This document shows, in pieces, positions 58,995 to 64,000 of a stretch of 64,000 nucleotides of DNA. The position numbers were made by a program, and so were the translations under genes. Where the stretch lies: assembly GCA_025464005.1 (NCBI GenBank), contig JAODBO010000159.1:9633-73632 (forward strand). Reading direction: 5' to 3'. This stretch comes from Acidimicrobiaceae bacterium (GTDB lineage: Bacteria > Actinomycetota > Acidimicrobiia > Acidimicrobiales > Bog-793). The first letter of the stretch is position 1. Every line of letters begins with the position of its first letter. The notes under the pieces are model-generated. The model saw only the letters and a list, made by a program, of their open reading frames with translations, ran no database searches and had not been told where the DNA came from.

Positions 58995-59792
58995 ATGCCC
59001 AAGCGCGCCCGCCCAGCTCAGGCCCTGGCCATTGCAACTGCAGCCGCGCTCGGGGCGACGACGCTCGGGGCATGGGGCGGGCGCCCCGCAACCACCGGGC
59101 GGGCCGGCAACGGCGTAGGCAGCCTGCCGGCGAACGAGGTGCTCGCCAAAGCCGCACAGGCCGTCGCTCGCGAGAACGCCATCGTCGTCGTCGGTTCTCT
59201 GCGCCTCGGAACGGAGGCGATCACGTTCTCCGTGCGCTCCACCGAGCGGGGCGCGGACGTCTCCGGGTCCCTCACCGTCCGAGCGGGAGCGAAGGTCGTC
59301 GGGCCGGTCAAGTTCATAGCGTTTCCCTCGGTGCTCTACCTCGAGGCCGGCACCGCGTTCTGGCGCCAGGCGATCAGCTCCGCCAAGAGCGCTCCGACCG
59401 GCGCCACGGCGGCCGAGATCGTGGCCAAGCTCTCCGACCGGTGGATCAAGATCACCGGTACGCAGGCGAAGTCGTTCGCCGCAGGCTTCGGAGGTCTCAC
59501 CGACCCGGGCAAGTTCGCGCAGAGCCTGCTCTCGGGCAACGGCACTCTCGTCAAGAGCACGCCGCGGGTGGTACGCGGCCACGAGGTGCTCCCTATCACG
59601 TCGAGCCAGGGCGGCACGATCTACGTCGATCTCACCGGCCCCCCAGTCCCCATCGCTATCAGCGGAAAGGCAGCGCTCGGCTCCTCGTCCGTCGCGGCGA
59701 ACGCGGCGATGAGCTACCCGACGAAGCTCGCCATCACCGCCCCCGCGGGAGCGGTCACACTGGCGGCGATCGACCAGTCGCTCGCCGGATGA
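58995..59792 (+). CDS. hypothetical secreted protein
   Basis: ATG preceded by GAGGAGG. Signal-like 'ALAIATAAALGATTLGA', with no lipobox Cys. No family recognised. Confidence 0.5.
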   Translation: MPKRARPAQALAIATAAALGATTLGAWGGRPATTGRAGNGVGSLPANEVLAKAAQAVARENAIVVVGSLRLGTEAITFSVRSTERGADVSGSLTVRAGAKVVGPVKFIAFPSVLYLEAGTAFWRQAISSAKSAPTGATAAEIVAKLSDRWIKITGTQAKSFAAGFGGLTDPGKFAQSLLSGNGTLVKSTPRVVRGHEVLPITSSQGGTIYVDLTGPPVPIAISGKAALGSSSVAANAAMSYPTKLAITAPAGAVTLAAIDQSLAG

Positions 59793-59826
59793 CAGGGTGG
59801 CGCGCAAGCGCCTGGCGCTTGCGGTC

Positions 59827-59873
59827 AAAAATATACATATAGGAGATAGGCGCGATCCGCATATCGCGTCTCC
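59827..59873 (-). terminator. candidate intrinsic terminator oriented on the minus strand
   Basis: Hairpin GGAGA/TCTCC plus CGCGAT/ATCGCG (59842-59873, loop CCGCAT, 4-nt bulge). On the minus strand it is followed by TATATGTATATTTTT (59841-59827). Confidence 0.4.
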
Positions 59874-60066
59874 ACGTACGAGGTAGCGGACGGGCCGCTC
59901 GGCGCCCTGTTACCTGAAAAGATCGCACGCAGGTCGGCTACCACTGCCCATCTTCGAGGATGGCGCACACAGCCACCTCGCAGGCTATGCGAACCGGCGC
60001 CGTATACATTCCGCCGGAAAGTCATCGGCTCTCCATTGACGCTTCTCGGCAGCCGTTAAAGCGCTC

Positions 60067-61047
60067 GTGGCCGCGAACCGTTCATGGGCGCTGGAGGACG
60101 TCAACCGCTTTCGGTCGGGTCGCACCAAGCTCCAGCTCGTTGGCGTGCTCTGGGTCGCGGCAGCGTTCGCGACGCTCGTCTCGTTGCTCCCCGCGCAACC
60201 TCCGGGGACCGATCGCAGCCGCATGGTGCTGTTGGCGCTTGGCGGCCTCTGCTTTGGTCTGCTCATCGTCGCCGGGAGCGCTCTACTGCCGATACGGGGC
60301 GCGGAGACCAGCTTCCATTGCGCGATGCTTCTCGGGATCGGCGCCGTATGCATCGGTCTCGACTTCTCCGGCACCTCCGTAGGAATCGTGCTCGAGGGAG
60401 GCATCCTCTGCCTGGCGGCCCTCTACACCTCGTGGGCGACGCTCACCGGCTACATGGCGGTTGTCGCGGCCGGTACCGTCGCGGCGGAGCTCATCCGAGC
60501 GGGACCGGGCGCGGTAGCGGTGGCCATCGCCGCCGTGCTCTGCCTCATTGCCGTCGGGGGCATGACGGCCTGGGCGCGACATCACTTCGAGCAGCTCGCC
60601 GAGGTGGACCCTCTGTGTGCCGTCCCGAACCGAGCCGGCCTCGAGCGGCGGCTGCGCGCCGAGGTCGCCCGGGCGGAGCGCAGTGGTCAACCGCTCGCCG
60701 TCGCCGTCGCCGACCTCGACGATTTCAAGTTGACGAACGACCGCCTGGGCCACGCTGCCGGGGATGCGCTGCTCCGGGCACTTGCCGAACGGTGGTGCAC
60801 GGCGCTTCGCGCCTCGGACCTGCTCGCCCGGCTGGGCGGCGACGAGTTCGTCGCGGTCCTGCCCGGCGCCGATGCCGAGGAGGCAGCGAATCTCCTGCGG
60901 CGCCTCGCCGACACGGGCGGCGTGCCCGTCTCGTTCGGCGTCGCCCACCGGCGATCCGGCGAAGGCGTCTTCGAGCTGCTCCATCGCGCCGATCTCGCGT
61001 TGCTCCGGGCGAAGCAGACCGGGCGCGGCCAGATCGTCCTCGACTGA
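60067..61047 (+). CDS. membrane-bound diguanylate cyclase (GGDEF)
   Basis: About 5-6 N-terminal TM helices, then 'DPLCAVPNRAGL', 'DLDDFKLTNDRLGHAAGD', 'RLGGDEFVAVL'. Confidence 0.9.
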   Translation: MAANRSWALEDVNRFRSGRTKLQLVGVLWVAAAFATLVSLLPAQPPGTDRSRMVLLALGGLCFGLLIVAGSALLPIRGAETSFHCAMLLGIGAVCIGLDFSGTSVGIVLEGGILCLAALYTSWATLTGYMAVVAAGTVAAELIRAGPGAVAVAIAAVLCLIAVGGMTAWARHHFEQLAEVDPLCAVPNRAGLERRLRAEVARAERSGQPLAVAVADLDDFKLTNDRLGHAAGDALLRALAERWCTALRASDLLARLGGDEFVAVLPGADAEEAANLLRRLADTGGVPVSFGVAHRRSGEGVFELLHRADLALLRAKQTGRGQIVLD

Positions 61048-61117
61048 TACCCATGGAGGACGTCCGGCGAAGCCACGGCGCGACCCTCGTACGCCCCGAG
61101 ATCGAGCTACCGCGAGC

Positions 61118-61663
61118 TCATCTCGAGCCGGCGTGGTGGTGAAGGGAGCCGGCGTGGTGGTTAAGGGACACGGTGCAGGGCGTCGGCGCATGCGACGGGA
61201 CGACCCGCGGGTGAGTGAATGCTCCGAGCGCGAGCGCGGGGACAGCCACGCAGATCGGGACCATCGCCGCCGCCCACCGCGTGGCTCGCAGCCGGTGCTC
61301 GCGCCGACCAGGTCGACGTCGCATCCCGTGCCGGCGACGACTGTCCGTCCACGGCTCCCCCGCACCGAGCGACTCGAGGATCGAGCTCGTTAGGTCGGGC
61401 GCGGGTTCGAGAACGTGCAGTCGCGTGCGCCGCGTGAGCAATGCAACCCGTGATTCGAACTCTCGGCACGAGCTACAGCCCTCGACATGGGCGCGAGCCG
61501 TCGCGGCGTCGATCGGGGAGGTCTCGCCGTCGACGAGCGCCGAGATCGCCTCTCGCAACAGCTCGCACCCAACGACGGTCCGCCGACCTCCTCCCGGCGC
61601 ACGAACGCGAGCGCGACTCACCAATTGCCGGACTCGACGAGGCCCCCACGTTGTTCTAGACAC
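61118..61663 (-). CDS. zf-HC2 (ZAS-like) single-pass membrane protein with His-rich extracytoplasmic tail
   Basis: 'C..LLREAISALVDGE..ARAHVEGCSSCREF' (C...H-x3-C-x2-C), TM helix 'AAAMVPICVAVPALALGAF', tail 'CTVSLNHHAGSLHHHAGSR'. It overlaps the ctaG stop by 8 bp. Confidence 0.6.
   Translation of the reverse strand: MSRTTWGPRRVRQLVSRARVRAPGGGRRTVVGCELLREAISALVDGETSPIDAATARAHVEGCSSCREFESRVALLTRRTRLHVLEPAPDLTSSILESLGAGEPWTDSRRRHGMRRRPGRREHRLRATRWAAAMVPICVAVPALALGAFTHPRVVPSHAPTPCTVSLNHHAGSLHHHAGSR
61125..61166. repeat. 21-bp tandem duplication (GAGCCGGCGTGGTGGTGAAGG / GAGCCGGCGTGGTGGTTAAGG, 1 mismatch)
   Basis: Read directly from the sequence. It encodes 'SLNHHAG'/'SLHHHAG' at the extreme C-terminus of the ZAS-like protein. 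Confidence 0.9.
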
Positions 61664-62555
61664 GCGGGATGTCCTCGAAGCCCACCGCGGATGCTCGCCG
61701 CCCGAGGACTCGGTCGATCAGAGCATTCCCGCCGCCTTCCTCGCCGATGGCCCTGCGAATCACGACGATGAGCGCGGGCACGGCCCAGAAGTCGCCACAG
61801 ACCCAGAGGATCGCAGCGCCGATCTGCTGGTCGGCAAATGGAGACAGCGTCACGCCGGGCAGGTGGTTATAGGCCGAGTACCAGGAGCTGCTCGTGAACA
61901 GGCTCAGCGTCATGGCCATGATCGTCATGATGAGGTTGGTCGACAAGATCGCACCGATCTGCCGGCTGGCGGTGAGCTTCGGCTTGATCGGATAGGACGG
62001 GACGATCTGCAGCCAGAAGAAGACGCCCGAGACGAAGAAGCTGGAATGCATGAGCCAGATGTGGACGGCCTGGTTCCGCTCGGCGAGGTCGAACAGTGCC
62101 GGGATGTGCCAGATGATCATGATGACGTTGAACAGCACGACGGCGACCATGCCCCGGGAGAGGAACCTCCCGATCCCCCGAAGCGGCCTCGCCCACCCGC
62201 CGAGCAGGACCGCCCGCCCAACGCTGCGGCGGACACGCACCGGAAAGGCGTGTACGAGCGGCAGCCACGGAGCGCCGGCCACGACGAGGACCGGCGCGAA
62301 GAACATGATGAGGATGTGCTCGATCATGTGGACGAAGAAGTAGTCGCTCGCCCAGTAGTCGATCGGTGAGGCGACCGCGAGCAGCAGCATGACGAGCCCG
62401 CCGTAGAACGCGAGTGAGCGCAGCCGTCGCTGACGGCTCCTCTCGGCTCGTGAGCGAGCCTTCAGATGGGCCAGCCCGAGCTCATGGAGCACGACGACCA
62501 CGGCGACGACGACGACGAACGGGTCGAACGACCAGTTGTCGAGGACATAGCTCAT
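61656..62555 (-). CDS. ctaG: cytochrome c oxidase assembly factor CtaG (Caa3_CtaG family membrane protein)
   Basis: 'PIDYWASDYFFVHMIEHILIMFFAPVLVVAGAP' and about 7 TM helices. ATG at 62555 chosen ('MSYVLDNWSFDP'). Confidence 0.75.
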   Translation of the reverse strand: MSYVLDNWSFDPFVVVVAVVVVLHELGLAHLKARSRAERSRQRRLRSLAFYGGLVMLLLAVASPIDYWASDYFFVHMIEHILIMFFAPVLVVAGAPWLPLVHAFPVRVRRSVGRAVLLGGWARPLRGIGRFLSRGMVAVVLFNVIMIIWHIPALFDLAERNQAVHIWLMHSSFFVSGVFFWLQIVPSYPIKPKLTASRQIGAILSTNLIMTIMAMTLSLFTSSSWYSAYNHLPGVTLSPFADQQIGAAILWVCGDFWAVPALIVVIRRAIGEEGGGNALIDRVLGRRASAVGFEDIPRV

Positions 62556-62649
62556 CTGATCGGTCCGCCTAGTCGTCTCGGGCGCCGGCGGCGCCTCGCT
62601 CGCGGCTCCGAACCGCCACTTCGGATTGTGCTCCGCGTCTTCATCGCTC

Positions 62650-63885
62650 TCAACCGGAAGATCCGTAGAGGATCCCGACGGACATCGTCTGGGAGAGCTT
62701 CCACCTCGGCGAACCGGCAGCGAGCACATAGTCGGTCATGGTCGTGCCTTTCGCGACGAGGGCGTCGACCCTCCCGCTCGAGGCGAAGGAGACCGTCGAG
62801 GCCTTCGCGGAGAGCCCGGGCAGCTCACTCGAGCTCGCGCGAGGCCCACCCAGCACCGCGATCCTGCTGTCGCCCGAGCCGCTCGACAAGAGGACGAACA
62901 GCCGCGACCCGGTCGCGGGGCCGAAGGAAACGAGCTGCTCGGACGACGTGACGCGAAGCGCTGGCGACAGGCTCCAGGCGCTCGTGCCGGCTCGCCTGAA
63001 GGCTCCTACGAGGCTCCTCCCCGAAGCTCCAGAGAGCCCGATCAGAGCGGCAGTCCCCGAGCTCGTCTGCTGCACGCCCAGCACCTCGGAGCGATCGCCC
63101 GCGAGCGACGAAGGAAGTTTGGGACCGACGAGGCGCCAGCTGCCTGCCTGCTCCCCATACAGTCCCGACACTCCCGGGCGCGCACACGCCGTTCCCACGA
63201 GGGCCGAGCCGGTCGCGTCGTAAGCGACGGCCGTGAGGGCAACGACGCCGCAACTGCGACCAGCGGCAGAAGTTGCGAGTGCGCGCTCGGTGACGAGGGT
63301 GGTCCATCCCGTTCGACGGCGCGAGGTCACAAGGACGTCGGCGGTCGCCGCGCCCGACGTGAGCGCGAGCGTCGCCCCGCTCGGCGCCGACGCGAGCGCG
63401 TCGGCACGATTCGCCAGACCCGTCACCGGCAGGCCGGGCGACCACGACCGTCCGTCAGACGTGCTGACGAGCGGTGAGAAGCTCAGCAGGTCGGTCGGTC
63501 GCACCCCGACGAGTAGCGAGTGCCCGTCAGGCGAGGCGAGCACGAGGCCGCCGTTCGTCGCCGCCGCCAACGACGCGGCGTCGTCGGACCAGCGCGAGCC
63601 TCCTGCCGGGAGGAAGAAGAGCTGCCAGAAGGTATTGAGTGGCTCATCGAGTCGACCCATCGGCACGCTCGCCCACGTCCCGGACGATGTCGTGAGCGAG
63701 GTCGCGAGCACCGCCGGCCACGACGCGGCGCTCGGCGACGGTGCTGCGGCGGTGGCCCTGCCCGCCACTCCTGGACCCCCGAGCACCGACACGAGGGACG
63801 TGCCACCCACGACGACGACGAGCCCGAGTGCCCGGCCGCCGCGAACCCGTCCGCGCGCCGCTCCCTCTCTTCGGCGCGTCCTCAT
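62650..63885 (-). CDS. hypothetical secreted protein, beta-propeller-like with Asp-box
   Basis: Signal-like N-terminus, repetitive beta-strand pattern, one 'STSDGRSWS' Asp-box (SxDxGxxW). Confidence 0.5.
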   Translation of the reverse strand: MRTRRREGAARGRVRGGRALGLVVVVGGTSLVSVLGGPGVAGRATAAAPSPSAASWPAVLATSLTTSSGTWASVPMGRLDEPLNTFWQLFFLPAGGSRWSDDAASLAAATNGGLVLASPDGHSLLVGVRPTDLLSFSPLVSTSDGRSWSPGLPVTGLANRADALASAPSGATLALTSGAATADVLVTSRRRTGWTTLVTERALATSAAGRSCGVVALTAVAYDATGSALVGTACARPGVSGLYGEQAGSWRLVGPKLPSSLAGDRSEVLGVQQTSSGTAALIGLSGASGRSLVGAFRRAGTSAWSLSPALRVTSSEQLVSFGPATGSRLFVLLSSGSGDSRIAVLGGPRASSSELPGLSAKASTVSFASSGRVDALVAKGTTMTDYVLAAGSPRWKLSQTMSVGILYGSSG

Positions 63886-64000
63886 CGCTCCACCGACCTG
63901 ACGACGCTGGCCAACGTGACCGAGAACGAGGATTTCGTCGCGGCAGTCCCCGGTCCGGGATCGGTACTGAGAACGTCGCGGGTGCGCCCGGTCGAATCGA
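63882..64000 (-). CDS. possible 3' end of an unidentified gene (5' end outside window)
   Basis: The minus-strand frame is open from the window edge and ends in a TGA that overlaps the ATG at 63885 (ATGA). Only about 39 codons are visible and there is no family signal. Confidence 0.2.
   Translation of the reverse strand, partial: DSTGRTRDVLSTDPGPGTAATKSSFSVTLASVVRSVER

Noticed and set aside
59920-60020. Possible c-di-GMP-I (GEMM-I) riboswitch upstream of the GGDEF gene
   Set aside because: 'GGCGCACACAGCC' loosely resembles the conserved 'GGGACGCAAAGCC' and is flanked by two hairpins. However, the 5' 'GCAAAC' element and the GNRA tetraloop are absent. I keep it only as a generic 'structured leader' finding pending cmsearch.

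Overview
This is a 64 kb, visibly very GC-rich (roughly 70% by eye, not computed), densely coding chromosomal segment. I infer it is actinobacterial from the WhiB-family regulator, the PdtaS-like kinase next to whiB, the GlgE pathway and the ArsA-pair/DUF3107 synteny. All family calls come from reading motifs in the supplied translations; no database search was run.

Contents, in order:
- folP (3' end), holA, an IMPase-family gene and ppa.
- A MBOAT/SGNH O-acyltransferase pair.
- whiB convergent with a pdtaS-like histidine kinase and a PHP histidinol-phosphatase.
- Two ArsA/Get3-like ATPases plus DUF3107.
- A DUF5666-like secreted repeat protein, qor, and an NfeD-SPFH pair.
- A small ORF plus a 706-aa effector-like protein.
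- glxA, dgt, and apbC divergent from a SufR-like regulator plus cysteine desulfurase; an MFS transporter.
- A complete System I cytochrome c maturation operon (ccmABCDEFGH plus a CcmI-like gene).
- gmd, then a ~17 kb alpha-glucan/trehalose supercluster: GT4, glgE, treS-pep2 fusion, malQ, glgB, treZ, treY, glgX.
- cspA, and a unit of SIMPL protein, membrane protein and ECF sigma.
- DUF4177, cysS, valS, a GGDEF cyclase, and a unit of Asp-box propeller, CtaG and a ZAS-like protein.

I found no rRNA, tRNA, CRISPR array, transposase or integrase. Many long ORFs in the track are antisense or out-of-frame shadows typical of high-GC DNA.

The most unusual locus is 15920-18478. It encodes an orphan protein with the N-terminal 'LQRTAGNRAVQRLL' leader that I associate with polymorphic-toxin or contractile-injection cargo. 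That leader is joined to an unassigned His...Asn-Cys domain and three SH3b-like repeats, and a small unknown ORF sits just upstream.

Other points of interest:
- A System I Ccm operon in a WhiB-bearing genome.
- A CtaG-coupled ZAS-like membrane protein with a tandemly duplicated His-rich tail.
- A structured, low-GC intergenic region upstream of the GGDEF gene.
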